DNA from: a virus
Lineage: Duplodnaviria > Caudoviricetes
DNA: 62,178 nt
IMG/VR virus record: IMGVR_UViG_3300032431_000082
Coordinates: 1-62,178 of that record
Strand: one strand, 5' to 3'
Shown: one piece after another, positions 9,786-20,105 of the stretch
How the letters are laid out: each line of letters begins with the position of its first letter
Position numbering within the stretch: position 1 is the first letter of the stretch
Notes under the pieces: model-generated
Seen by the model: the letters and a program-made list of their open reading frames with translations, nothing else
What the model was told of the DNA's origin: nothing
Databases searched by the model: none
Position numbers and translations under genes: made by a program

Positions 9786-12147
9786 GGACTTAACTGGCGT
9801 ATCACTAAGATGGCGTGAAGAGTGGGTGAAGGTGCTACCCGTACCTAATAGATATCCACAGGGTATGGAGTTCTTAGAGCTACAACAATCAGTGCTATCA
9901 AGGTTAGTGGTTCACCATACAGCCTATGAGATAGTCTTGGGATTGAAGGCCACCTGCAGTGGTAATGAGTTAATCATATCTGAAGGGATTATATGGTGTG
10001 GGATAGGGGAGGGGTTATACATACAGATACCACGCACCCAGATAAGGTTACCCACTCTAAATGCTAGCGTACAAAGCCATACAGTAGCATTAGGTATACA
10101 ACTAATTAAAGAGGTAGTAGGAGCAGGGTATGATCCTATCCTTGGTGGGGTCCCACCAGCTCTGTGGGAAGCTCCCAGGGATCGTGTGCGTGTATATGCC
10201 AGATACTTGTGGGATGTACGTGATACATTACCAGTACTCACTTTACTCAATGGCAAGATACATTACTACTCAGATAGGGTTAGTGAGTTAAGGGACTCAA
10301 TTATTAGGACATACATTAGGGACTTAGATGGTGACTATATAGCCTATGGTATAAATGTATGTCTGCATGAAGGATGGGTACATGTAGGTAGTGGTAGAGC
10401 GTGGATAGCTGGCATACCTGTAGATGTAGAGGCTCAATCTATACCATATCGCTCGGGGGAGCTACAGCTATGCACTGACGGGGCAGTAGTTATAGAGAGC
10501 TCTCATGAGACATATGCGCCAGAGTACAGTGCGATAGTATCTAACAATGGTACACCGATATTAATTGGTGGTAAATCGTACGGTGTGGTACTACCTAATA
10601 TAGGTCTAAACCCATACCTAATACCATTAAGGTGTGTACCACTAGCGACATTAAGTAATGACGTAGTAAGTGATATAGCGGCTAGACTACCTACTGATGA
10701 TGAGTTACTACTATTACTACATAGAACTCCTACCAGTATATCCAGTGATCAGATAGGGGATGTAAATCACCCTCTATATAAGGTTAGGGTATCAACTGAA
10801 GGGGTTATCTATTTACCACGTACGACTAGTACAGCACAGGTAGAGGGGTATGTATTGCCCAATACTAGGGTGGTACTGGAAGAGAGCAGCGTACGCACTG
10901 ATTGGATTGACAGTGCCCCCACACCCTCTACACCCCCACCACCGCCGCCCTTTGTACATGCTAAGAAGGTAGTCAATGGGTATAAAGTACGTGGGTACAA
11001 TCTATCCCCTTCTAGCATATACACGCCTAATCCAGCCCCTGATAGTGTTACGAGAGGGGCATTAACTGGTACATCTATCACCAGTGATGTACATGGGATG
11101 CTCGAGTATATTAGTAGTACAGTGCCCATAGATCTATCAGGCGTAGTGCCTACTGCCGTCCCCAATGTAGGGATTGGATTAGGACAATCATTTAAGGTAA
11201 GTACGCCGGTGATGGTAGGCACTGTGTCATTGTACTTGAGGGCTGGTTATTATGGTGTTATATCCATATGCCCACTGCAGAACAATCAACCATATGGCGC
11301 GGCCCTAGCATGGGTCGGTGTATCTACTACAAGCACTGGTTGGACAGATGTAGAGATAGGGCCGATACATTTACCTACTGGTACTTATGGTTTGATATCA
11401 CAATCAGTAATAGGGAGTGTCATAGGGAGGAGACATTACCTCCTCCCTACATTAGAAGGCGCACCTGAGACCATTAATAGTATGTACATGATGCTATCTC
11501 AAGCTGGTACATGGGAGTCATTACCCAATATGGACCTTATGTACCGTATACATAGAGCAATCCCTAATAGTACATATGGGAAGAGGGTAGTTACTATTAC
11601 AGGGCTTGAAGCATTTGATGGGTATGAATACACACCCAACTACAACTTACCCCCTAATACGTACATAACATGTACAGGGCGCACGAGTCCCACAGGTGTA
11701 CTTATAGGCAGTACATTCCCCCCTAGAACATCTATTACCTTAGTAGAGGCGTTGTTCGGGACAGCAAGCTTATTCCCTACTATAGGTGAGGGAAGCGTAT
11801 CTATGCACACCACCTCCAAGACTGGCACTTGGGTGTCATTGGAAGCATTGGTAGGTGCATATACTGCTGTAATGGTATTACTAGATGCAGTAGTACCTGA
11901 AGGATCCTCAGTATCAGTTTATGTAAACAGTGGTGCAGGGTGGTTAGAAGTACCCTTATTAGAGATTAGGGGGACGCAGCACACCTATCGCATAGAAGAT
12001 ATGTCCCCTACCACATCTAGTACAGATATTAATGGTGTAGTAAAGGCAGTAGTGAGAGAGAGGATTAGGGTGAGGATAGACTTATCTACCACATCGCCTG
12101 AGATACAACCTAGAGCATGGAACATAGCGCGCACTATTGCATTGTAG
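9772..12147 (+). CDS. Second, divergent DUF4815-like virion protein
   Basis: W.KVLPVPNRYPQGMEFLELQ aligns with the N-terminus of the upstream protein. It also has GDYIAYG, V.SGRAWIAG, LGQSF and DLMYRI.RA counterparts. Confidence 0.65.
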   Translation: MTYYEDLTGVSLRWREEWVKVLPVPNRYPQGMEFLELQQSVLSRLVVHHTAYEIVLGLKATCSGNELIISEGIIWCGIGEGLYIQIPRTQIRLPTLNASVQSHTVALGIQLIKEVVGAGYDPILGGVPPALWEAPRDRVRVYARYLWDVRDTLPVLTLLNGKIHYYSDRVSELRDSIIRTYIRDLDGDYIAYGINVCLHEGWVHVGSGRAWIAGIPVDVEAQSIPYRSGELQLCTDGAVVIESSHETYAPEYSAIVSNNGTPILIGGKSYGVVLPNIGLNPYLIPLRCVPLATLSNDVVSDIAARLPTDDELLLLLHRTPTSISSDQIGDVNHPLYKVRVSTEGVIYLPRTTSTAQVEGYVLPNTRVVLEESSVRTDWIDSAPTPSTPPPPPPFVHAKKVVNGYKVRGYNLSPSSIYTPNPAPDSVTRGALTGTSITSDVHGMLEYISSTVPIDLSGVVPTAVPNVGIGLGQSFKVSTPVMVGTVSLYLRAGYYGVISICPLQNNQPYGAALAWVGVSTTSTGWTDVEIGPIHLPTGTYGLISQSVIGSVIGRRHYLLPTLEGAPETINSMYMMLSQAGTWESLPNMDLMYRIHRAIPNSTYGKRVVTITGLEAFDGYEYTPNYNLPPNTYITCTGRTSPTGVLIGSTFPPRTSITLVEALFGTASLFPTIGEGSVSMHTTSKTGTWVSLEALVGAYTAVMVLLDAVVPEGSSVSVYVNSGAGWLEVPLLEIRGTQHTYRIEDMSPTTSSTDINGVVKAVVRERIRVRIDLSTTSPEIQPRAWNIARTIAL

Positions 12148-12709
12148 ATATATCTAGTAGTCTCTTGATATCTTGTGCCCTATATATACGTGTGTTGTAT
12201 AGGGTGCGCCTACCTTGCCTCTCTACGGTATACAGGTTATAGGATATATCTAGAGAGGTTAGGGTAGCGCCTAAGAAGGTTACTAGGTCTGTATCTGTGT
12301 GCGTGATAGTGTACCACTCATTCTTACCAGACTTTATATGGGAGCCTCTCATATCCATAACCCCCTTGAGCCACATAACATCATCCATCTGCCCTAGTGG
12401 GTATGGTTCGAGCCCCCCCATACATATACGGGATACTATCTTCTTCAATGCCGCCTTCTTCCCTGAGCACATTAAAGGGGCGTACGAGTATAGTAATACC
12501 AACCCTTCTTCCTGATTGATAATCAGGTAAGGGCACTGTATACGGTATGGGATAGTCTTCTTATCTAATAACTCACCCACGTTCTGCAGGATATGTTCCC
12601 TGCAATTAATACGCACCCTATTGTTTCTAATACTGCCACAACTATCTATGATCCCTGTAACGTACCCCATACCATCTACCTCCAATAGTGTGAGTCCTAC
12701 TACTACCAT
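12134..12709 (-). CDS. Free-standing two-motif LAGLIDADG-fold protein, probably catalytically inactive
   Basis: Motifs YVTGIIDSCGSI and WLKGVMDMRGSH, plus the typical I.N..IL..V..LL and PL....KK..L segments. The start is uncertain (12727, 12709 or further downstream). Confidence 0.65.
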   Translation of the reverse strand: MVVVGLTLLEVDGMGYVTGIIDSCGSIRNNRVRINCREHILQNVGELLDKKTIPYRIQCPYLIINQEEGLVLLYSYAPLMCSGKKAALKKIVSRICMGGLEPYPLGQMDDVMWLKGVMDMRGSHIKSGKNEWYTITHTDTDLVTFLGATLTSLDISYNLYTVERQGRRTLYNTRIYRAQDIKRLLDISTMQ

Positions 12710-12765
12710 CCTCCCCCCATATAGCATTGGGTGGTAAGTATAGATTAGTTATTGGTAGATGGATT

Positions 12766-15700
12766 ATGGCTAATGTACGTGTTAATATCCTCAATTCCCA
12801 CATAGCCACATACAATGGCGTCACCCGCAACCTGAAGCAAGGTGGGGTATTGTACTTAGATACTGATAAGATTGCACAGCGTAAGGAATTGATGTACTTA
12901 CTAACGGCATCCCCTCACCGTAATAAGTACGCTGTGGAATTGAATGATGCCCTGCTGGGTATGTTCAATGTATCGGTACTAGATACAGCACCAGCGCACC
13001 CTGCAGATCCTGAAATAGGTCGGGTGTACTGGAATACAGCATTAGGTAAGGCATTCCTTTATAATGGTCAAGCGTGGGTTGAGCTAGGTATTGGCGGTGG
13101 CGGTGGGGGAGGTGGTGCGCCCATTGCCATCATCCCATCTCTATTCGGGGATATTACTAGTACTGGGTTCAGCAATGAGGTACAGATATCACCGGGTGTT
13201 ATTACAGATGCGGATATCAGTGCTGGGGCTAAGATCAAACTATCTAAGTTAGAAGTAGACCCAAGGAATAGGGCGACCCACTTCGGGGTACAGCCAGCAT
13301 CATCCATCAGTGACTTCGATGCACAAGTCAGGACTAATCGCCTAGATCAATTGACAGCACCCGCCTCGTCCTTGAATGTCAATGATCAATTCATTACTAA
13401 CTTACGCACCCCTATCAACCCCAAGGATGCCGCTAATAAGGAGTACGTAGATGCTAGGTTAGCTACGATTAACTTATGCACCATGCCCCCTGCCGCATGC
13501 AATATTGACATGGGTGGGTTCCGCGTAGTGAACTTAGGTAATCCAGTCCTCCCTATGGATGCGGTCAACCTGCAGACATTACAGAATGCACTCGCATTAT
13601 CACCAGTAAAGGCACCCGCTAGATTGATGGCGATGAGTAATGTGAGTACCCTATCGGGTACAGGTGTAGTCATAGATGGCCGCCCTGTAGTCATTGGCGA
13701 TAGGGTTGTATTGAATGGGCAGAATGACCCCAGACAGAATGGTATATATGTAGTGTCCGCAGGGGCGTGGATGCGCGCACCGGATGCGGATGAGAATAAT
13801 GAGTTAGTAACTGGCTCACAGATATCTATTACTGACGGTGCAACACAAGGTGGTACTATCTGGTCACAGACACAGCCACAAGGTCAGACTGTCATAGGGT
13901 CTAGCGTTATTAGCTACTCCCCTACTATGGGCTTATCGACCTTCACTGCCGGTAATGGTCTATACACTGCAGGCAATACCCTCCACGTGGGTGGCACACC
14001 TAACCGTATAGTAGCTTTAGCAGATACAGTAGATATTGCCCCCACATATGCTGGGCAGGCATCTATTACTACTGTAGGCCCTATCACTACTGGTCAATGG
14101 AGGGCAACCCCTATTGATGTAACGTATGGTGGGACAGGTGCAACTACTGCTGCCGATGCTAGATCTAACTTGGGGGCAGCTAAGTCAGGTGCCAATAATG
14201 ACATCACATCCATCAATGGATTGACTACCCCATTATCTATCAATCAAGGTGGTACAAGTGCCACTACCGCCCCCGATGCACGTATTAACTTAGGGGCAGC
14301 AGCGCGTGGTGTTAATAGTGATATCACACAGATCACGGGCTTGACGACACCTTTATCTATTAGTCAAGGTGGTACTGGTGCTAATACGGCACCACAAGCT
14401 CGTGCTAACCTACAGGCAGCTAAGTCAGGCGTCAACTCTGATATCACATCATTCACTGCATTAGATCCAGGTGCTATCAAGGTAGCCCAAGGTGGTACAG
14501 GCGCTAGTACACCACAAGGTGCGCGTGTAGCATTGGGTGCTGTAGGCGCTGGCTTGAACCTATTAGGTGCGGCCTCCAACCGTGGGCAGATGTTCCGTCA
14601 AGTGACTACATCGGGCTCTGAAGTGACGATGGAGTTCCGTGTACTAGAAGAAGGGCCTGGTATTAATCTCACACAGACTACTAACTCAGTAGTCATTGAG
14701 GTTGACCCCACCACCTTAAATCTAAGTACTATCCCCGGGCAGATCAATGCAGCCACACAAGTCACTGGTATCTTACCGGTAGTGAATGGTGGTACGGGAG
14801 GTAGTACACCTTTACTAGCACGCCAGAACTTAGTAGCTGCCGGCTCTATCATTGGTATGGGTGGTACCTCGTTAGTTCATGCCGTAGCATATAACCCAGC
14901 GACCACTAACCTACAGATTAAGGGGCTGACTGCCGACCCTGAGATTGTCATCACACCTAATGCCAATGATGTACGCCTGGGTATCAATCAAGCATTATTA
15001 GATCTAGGTTCAATGGGAGGGCAGATTAACCTACCCACACAAGTACGTGGCATCTTACCAATTGCTAATGGTGGTACTAATGCAAGTACTGCAGGTCAGG
15101 CATTAGATAACCTTAATGGTGTGTTCTCTGCCCGTAGTCTGGGCGGCATCTCCACATTAGGTACACCTATAGTAGAGAATGTCCCAGGTACAGGTGAGAG
15201 GTTACTGTTGAAGGGATTCTCCAATGGTCTAGGTACTATCATCAATGACTTAGGTACTAGCTTATCAGTAGATATATCGGCCACTAATGTGGGTGCGGGT
15301 ACTGGTCAAGTCTTGAAGACACCTGTAGGTAGTGCACTAGAATTGAGAACTATCACGGGCGTAGGTAGTATTGTAGTCACGACTGTAGGGGATGAGGTTA
15401 CCATCACTGGCTCACCAGCTAGTATGGTATCTGTAGGTACTGGTCAACCAGTCCTTGTAACTCCCACAGGTAACCCAGTACAGTTAAAGTCTATCTTAGG
15501 TCGTTATGGTTTAGTAGATTCTACAGTAGGCCAGGATGTAGTCCTTGACTTAGATGGTGTAAATGTAGGTACTGGTCAAGGTATCTACGTCATCCCTACG
15601 GCTGCTAGCAATACACCAGCACAGTTCAAGAGTCTATCTGCAGTAGCCACTAATCCAGGCATTGTCGTAACCTCCACTACCACTGATGTACAGTTACAAG

Positions 15701-17115
15701 CAATCATAGCCAACGCTGCCAACTTAGGCGCTGGTGCATTGTTATTAGCTAACCCAGGCCCTACCGCACCCGGCTCTGTGCTTAACTTCCGTTCCATTGT
15801 AGGATTGAATGGCATCACACATGTACAGAATGCCAATGATGTGACCTTATCCCTGAATGCTACCAACGTTGGTGGTGGGGTAGAGAGCTTAGTCACACCC
15901 ATTGCAGGTGCAGCGCAGTTCCGTACCTTCATTGATGGTGCGGGTGTGAATGTCACGCAAGCAGCTACATCTATCAAGGTGGACTTCGATGGTGTATCGG
16001 TAGGTACTGGTGCCCCTATTTACGTACCACCTGTAGCAACAGGCCCTGCACAGTTCAAGAGCATCATAGGTGGTCTAGGTCTAACGCAGACCTCTACTGC
16101 AACAGATGTGACATTGGACTTAAATGCAGTCAATGTAGGTGGTGGCTCTGAGGTATTAGTGACCCCATTAGTAGACCCTGTACAGTTCCGTACACTGGTC
16201 GAGGGTAATGGTATTAACTTAACCCAAGCTGCAACCTCTATCACAGTAATAGCGGATCTCACTAACTTAGGAGCAGGTGCCCCAATATTAGTGCCTGGTG
16301 CGACTCACAGTTTCAAGTCATTGATTGCCGGTACAGGTATCACTATTACCCCAACGGCCACTGATGTGACGATTGCATCTACCTTAGCGGGTGCTATCAA
16401 TGTGGGTACAGGTATTGAGGTATTAGCATTACCGATTGTCGGTGGTGTGATGAACTTCAGGAAGGTACTAGGGCGTTATGGTGCGAATGCTTCCCTTGTA
16501 GGATCTGATGTAGTAATTGATTACGATGCTGAGTCAGTGGGTGCTGGTCAGGCAGTATTAGTCACACCTACCTTAACGGAGTCTAAGGCGCAGTATAAGA
16601 GTCTATCTGCAGTACCAACCACCCCTGGTTTAGTAGTCACATCTACTGCCACTGAGGTACAGTTCCAGACCATTGTAGCGGGTGCCATCAATGTAGGGGC
16701 CGCACCTATCGCCCCTGCACTGGCGACCGCACAGGTCTTAGCTAATGGCCCTATCACAGCGGCTGGTACTATAGCACAGTTCAAGAGCATCACTAGTTCC
16801 GATAGCTCGGTAGTGATTACTCAGACTGCCACGCAGATCGACTTGAAGTCCAATAGTAAGGTCGTAGCATTCCACACTACCGCTGCCACGTTCACAGACT
16901 CTGCATCTGTGTCGCCTAATGTGCAGAGCATCACGCACAATCTAGGCACCAATCAGATCATGGTACAGGTACGTGACAGTAGTGGTGAGGTGTTGACTAA
17001 CTATAAGGTAACTCCTGGTGCAGCAGGTAGTAATACCGTGGGCATCTCCTGGGGCTCACCCGGTGCAGTACCAGTTGGTGCATCTACAGTATTTGTCACA
17101 GGTATCCTGCCATAG
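12766..17115 (+). CDS. Long repeat-rich tail fibre / virion appendage protein
   Basis: DAANKEYVD, GDRVVLNGQNDPRQNGIYVV..GAW.RAPDAD, several GGTGATTA..AR.NLG repeats, many roughly 50-aa NVG.G...FKS/RT..G..G repeats and a C-terminal ITHNLG...VQV motif. Confidence 0.8.
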   Translation: MANVRVNILNSHIATYNGVTRNLKQGGVLYLDTDKIAQRKELMYLLTASPHRNKYAVELNDALLGMFNVSVLDTAPAHPADPEIGRVYWNTALGKAFLYNGQAWVELGIGGGGGGGGAPIAIIPSLFGDITSTGFSNEVQISPGVITDADISAGAKIKLSKLEVDPRNRATHFGVQPASSISDFDAQVRTNRLDQLTAPASSLNVNDQFITNLRTPINPKDAANKEYVDARLATINLCTMPPAACNIDMGGFRVVNLGNPVLPMDAVNLQTLQNALALSPVKAPARLMAMSNVSTLSGTGVVIDGRPVVIGDRVVLNGQNDPRQNGIYVVSAGAWMRAPDADENNELVTGSQISITDGATQGGTIWSQTQPQGQTVIGSSVISYSPTMGLSTFTAGNGLYTAGNTLHVGGTPNRIVALADTVDIAPTYAGQASITTVGPITTGQWRATPIDVTYGGTGATTAADARSNLGAAKSGANNDITSINGLTTPLSINQGGTSATTAPDARINLGAAARGVNSDITQITGLTTPLSISQGGTGANTAPQARANLQAAKSGVNSDITSFTALDPGAIKVAQGGTGASTPQGARVALGAVGAGLNLLGAASNRGQMFRQVTTSGSEVTMEFRVLEEGPGINLTQTTNSVVIEVDPTTLNLSTIPGQINAATQVTGILPVVNGGTGGSTPLLARQNLVAAGSIIGMGGTSLVHAVAYNPATTNLQIKGLTADPEIVITPNANDVRLGINQALLDLGSMGGQINLPTQVRGILPIANGGTNASTAGQALDNLNGVFSARSLGGISTLGTPIVENVPGTGERLLLKGFSNGLGTIINDLGTSLSVDISATNVGAGTGQVLKTPVGSALELRTITGVGSIVVTTVGDEVTITGSPASMVSVGTGQPVLVTPTGNPVQLKSILGRYGLVDSTVGQDVVLDLDGVNVGTGQGIYVIPTAASNTPAQFKSLSAVATNPGIVVTSTTTDVQLQAIIANAANLGAGALLLANPGPTAPGSVLNFRSIVGLNGITHVQNANDVTLSLNATNVGGGVESLVTPIAGAAQFRTFIDGAGVNVTQAATSIKVDFDGVSVGTGAPIYVPPVATGPAQFKSIIGGLGLTQTSTATDVTLDLNAVNVGGGSEVLVTPLVDPVQFRTLVEGNGINLTQAATSITVIADLTNLGAGAPILVPGATHSFKSLIAGTGITITPTATDVTIASTLAGAINVGTGIEVLALPIVGGVMNFRKVLGRYGANASLVGSDVVIDYDAESVGAGQAVLVTPTLTESKAQYKSLSAVPTTPGLVVTSTATEVQFQTIVAGAINVGAAPIAPALATAQVLANGPITAAGTIAQFKSITSSDSSVVITQTATQIDLKSNSKVVAFHTTAATFTDSASVSPNVQSITHNLGTNQIMVQVRDSSGEVLTNYKVTPGAAGSNTVGISWGSPGAVPVGASTVFVTGILP

Positions 17116-17152
17116 GACACACCATACCAAGTGACTAACTAGCGCACACCGC

Positions 17153-17190
17153 ACACCCCTATTACATTGCTGTAGTAGGGGTGTACGTTT
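17153..17190 (+). terminator. Rho-independent terminator after tail fibre
   Basis: Stem ACACCCCTATTACA / TGTAGTAGGGGTGT with loop TTGC, followed by T-rich sequence. Confidence 0.65.
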
Positions 17191-17202
17191 ATATATTCAT
17201 AT

Positions 17203-17622
17203 ATGGATCCGTTAGTACTATCATTCTTAGAGAAGATACCGCCCATGCCTGCGGGTGCAGTAATACGGCGCAGTGGTATGGCTGTCGAATCATCTATGCA
17301 GAAGGTCAGGGAGTATTACCCAGGGTTAGTGGTTAATGATGTGAAGGCATTAGGTGTATTACTACAATATACAGACCCTACGTTATTCACGCACAGTGAG
17401 TTAGCTGCTGTATTAGGTCTGAGATTAGATCTACTAGATAGTAATATCAATGAGTTATTACCCAGAGTGATACAGCCCATGATGGGATTAACAGATACAG
17501 GGTCTGGGAGAGTGGAGAGACAATTACTAACGGCCGGCTTAGATATGTTAAAGCTAGCATTCATAGAGGCGAAGGCTACGGCATTCACGCCCTCTAATAT
17601 AATCCTATCGGGAGTACAGTAA
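17203..17622 (+). CDS. Hypothetical protein
   Basis: 139-aa ORF with a TAATG overlap to the next gene. Confidence 0.65.
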   Translation: MDPLVLSFLEKIPPMPAGAVIRRSGMAVESSMQKVREYYPGLVVNDVKALGVLLQYTDPTLFTHSELAAVLGLRLDLLDSNINELLPRVIQPMMGLTDTGSGRVERQLLTAGLDMLKLAFIEAKATAFTPSNIILSGVQ

Positions 17623-20105
17623 TGACGACAGCACCTATAACATTAGCAGAGTATAATAAGAACCCAGGTAAAGCTAATAGTGTAATAGACTTCATCGTTA
17701 ATAATGTCCGCCGATCAGATAACCCAGGCATTAAGGCGCAGGCTAATGTAGTATATATGGCAGCATCTACCGCTACACCAGCACAGCGGGTAGCAGAGAT
17801 TAATAAGTTAATAGCATTAATAGATAGTGCAGTACCCGGTAGTAATCCCGATGATAGGGAGAAATACACTAACGCATTAGGTAGTGTCGCAACGTTCAAA
17901 CAACCACTACCTGCTAAGCCAGAGACAGCGGTACAACCACCTGCTGCTAAGGGGTTTAGTGAGAAACCCGGTGGTATAACTAATGAGAAGTGGGTGAGTA
18001 ATAATAACAATATATTAGCTGCTGCTAGGGGTGCCATCAGTAGTCTAAGTAATAGTAAATCAGTAAAGGTACAGCAGTACAGAGATGAACTAAGTGCTGC
18101 GATAGCTAAGTCTGATAATGGTACGATATACACTTTAATAGGTAGATTAGAAGATGCTATTGAGCAGTCTAAGGATCCATCGTTGAGTAGTACACTTAGT
18201 AGTTTGAAGGCAGTAGCACCTGCTATAAGAGAGAATAGGGCATCCGATACAAGTGGTAAATCTATGGAGGCACCCCCCAAGGCATTGACTACACCCCCTA
18301 AGCCCACACCTGCTGCGGGTAAGTTATGCGAACCGATAACACATGAGAGGTGGGGTGTACGATTCCGCTTCCTAGATAAACCACCTGAGTTAGTGGGGAA
18401 GTGTGAGTCTAAGGGTGATGGGAAGTGGGACTTAAAGGATTGGTTCCTGCAACTACTACCTGCGATGCAATCCATAATGCCCAAGCAAGGGGCAAGGGAT
18501 GTCCCCAATGCGGGCCCTGGATTATCATTCAGGTTCAAGAACAATATGGTCAAGCATAAGATACCCGGCTCACAACCCGTATACCAGATGATGGGCGTGG
18601 ATAGTGCCATCATCACCTTCGTGGGTACATTCACAGGGGATGGTGGGTTAGGGTACATCAATAAGGTAGACGTGGAGGATGGGGAACTAGCGGAGAATGC
18701 AGCGAGGATGATGGAGAGAGAGGCTGCTTCTAGGAGGGCAGGTGAACCATTCCCCGATGCTAAGAAGTTCGGTGGTACGTACCCCTATGGGAAGAAGGAA
18801 GTGAATGCCATGTTCAACCCTATATACCATGTCCGCAATAGGGCGACAGCACCGGGAGGTGATACCTCTAGTGCATTAGTAGGGGGTAATAGTTCTGGGT
18901 GGTTAATGGATAACTCAATACTGAGGCAGGGGTTCTTTGAGAGGGATGGGTGCCCTGGCCAATGCCCCCCACCAGGTTGGGCGGGGTTCCCCAATGGACA
19001 GATGGATGAGGCGGGGGGTAAGTTCGCATGGGGTGACTTCGGGAAGTGGCCCGATGGTAGTCAATACGGTGATATAGGTACGAGGAGCCAGATGGATACA
19101 CATAAGCTAGCGCATATAGCGGCGTACCTTGATGCCTATCATGAGATGGTTAGCTTCTATAAGTTCGCTGTGCAAGCGGGGAAGTTGATGGAGATAACTA
19201 TCAACTTGAGGAAGACACATGATGGCCTGAAGCCACGCATAGCCGACCCTAGGATGAAGGGTGGTGGTGCGAGGTCTGATACACCTGACCCCTTGAGGGA
19301 TATGCACACGGGTAATCCCACGTTTAAGGGTTACCTTCGCACTATGAGTACGTGGGCGCAGTACTCAGATCGTGTGTGGTACGTGATGGAGTTCGAGGTA
19401 GTAGATCATGGGCTACAGGGGAAGAAGGCCGTTAACCTTACCAATAAGGTGAGTGCGGGTGGTGCTTCTGAGAGTGGGGGCCCTACGGGTGGGGAGACCC
19501 CTACACCTGGATCTAGTGGTAGTGATGACTCTAAAGAAAGTACTGCTGCAGAGAGTGCCAATGCGCCAGCTAACACCTCAGATGTTACTAAAACAGTAGT
19601 AAAAGGTGTGGTAGATGACCAAACTATAACAGGTAGGGATGGTGAGATACTGACACTTAGAAGGGATGGGACTATCTTATCTGGAGATAAGAGTAAGGTA
19701 TACAGTTATAGAGAAGTACTAGGTAAATTATCTAACTCTGATATAGTAAACACAGCCACACTCAATAAGTGGTTTGATTCTAATAGAGTACTGATAGACA
19801 AATCGTCAGTACACATACGGATTATAGATGGTACCACTTTAATGTTGAATAGTGATGGTAAGTTGTACGAGTATGATAAAGGTACACCAGATAGTGAACC
19901 GCAGCCAAAGGAGATAAGTATCGGTGTATTAGATTCCCCGAGGGTAGGTGACTTAACTGATGCACAGAGGGGGGTGATATCTGAGTGGAGGAGTAAAGCA
20001 GGTGCACGGACTTCTAATCAAGTAGTACCTGTACCTAGTACTACTTCGACTCCTAGTATACCTTCTCCTGTTATAATCCCTATTAACCCATTGCCCACCC
20101 TATAA
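17622..20105 (+). CDS. Putative tail protein with a GpU/tube-initiator-like core and long flanking extensions
   Basis: Central KHKIPGSQPVYQMMG...ITFVGTF and a later Y.MEFEV resemble P2 GpU-type motifs. N- and C-terminal parts are low-complexity. Confidence 0.45.
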   Translation: MTTAPITLAEYNKNPGKANSVIDFIVNNVRRSDNPGIKAQANVVYMAASTATPAQRVAEINKLIALIDSAVPGSNPDDREKYTNALGSVATFKQPLPAKPETAVQPPAAKGFSEKPGGITNEKWVSNNNNILAAARGAISSLSNSKSVKVQQYRDELSAAIAKSDNGTIYTLIGRLEDAIEQSKDPSLSSTLSSLKAVAPAIRENRASDTSGKSMEAPPKALTTPPKPTPAAGKLCEPITHERWGVRFRFLDKPPELVGKCESKGDGKWDLKDWFLQLLPAMQSIMPKQGARDVPNAGPGLSFRFKNNMVKHKIPGSQPVYQMMGVDSAIITFVGTFTGDGGLGYINKVDVEDGELAENAARMMEREAASRRAGEPFPDAKKFGGTYPYGKKEVNAMFNPIYHVRNRATAPGGDTSSALVGGNSSGWLMDNSILRQGFFERDGCPGQCPPPGWAGFPNGQMDEAGGKFAWGDFGKWPDGSQYGDIGTRSQMDTHKLAHIAAYLDAYHEMVSFYKFAVQAGKLMEITINLRKTHDGLKPRIADPRMKGGGARSDTPDPLRDMHTGNPTFKGYLRTMSTWAQYSDRVWYVMEFEVVDHGLQGKKAVNLTNKVSAGGASESGGPTGGETPTPGSSGSDDSKESTAAESANAPANTSDVTKTVVKGVVDDQTITGRDGEILTLRRDGTILSGDKSKVYSYREVLGKLSNSDIVNTATLNKWFDSNRVLIDKSSVHIRIIDGTTLMLNSDGKLYEYDKGTPDSEPQPKEISIGVLDSPRVGDLTDAQRGVISEWRSKAGARTSNQVVPVPSTTSTPSIPSPVIIPINPLPTL

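Noticed and set aside
12134-12727. Group I intron or intein around the LAGLIDADG ORF
   Set aside because: The ORF is antisense, both flanking genes look complete, and no splice or intein motifs are visible.
14100-14560. Repeats in the tail fibre as a diversity-generating retroelement TR/VR pair
   Set aside because: They are in-frame protein repeats with mostly synonymous differences, not adenine-specific, and no reverse transcriptase is present in the window.
17594-18661. 355-aa minus-strand ORF
   Set aside because: Antisense shadow of the 827-aa gene with no recognisable motifs.
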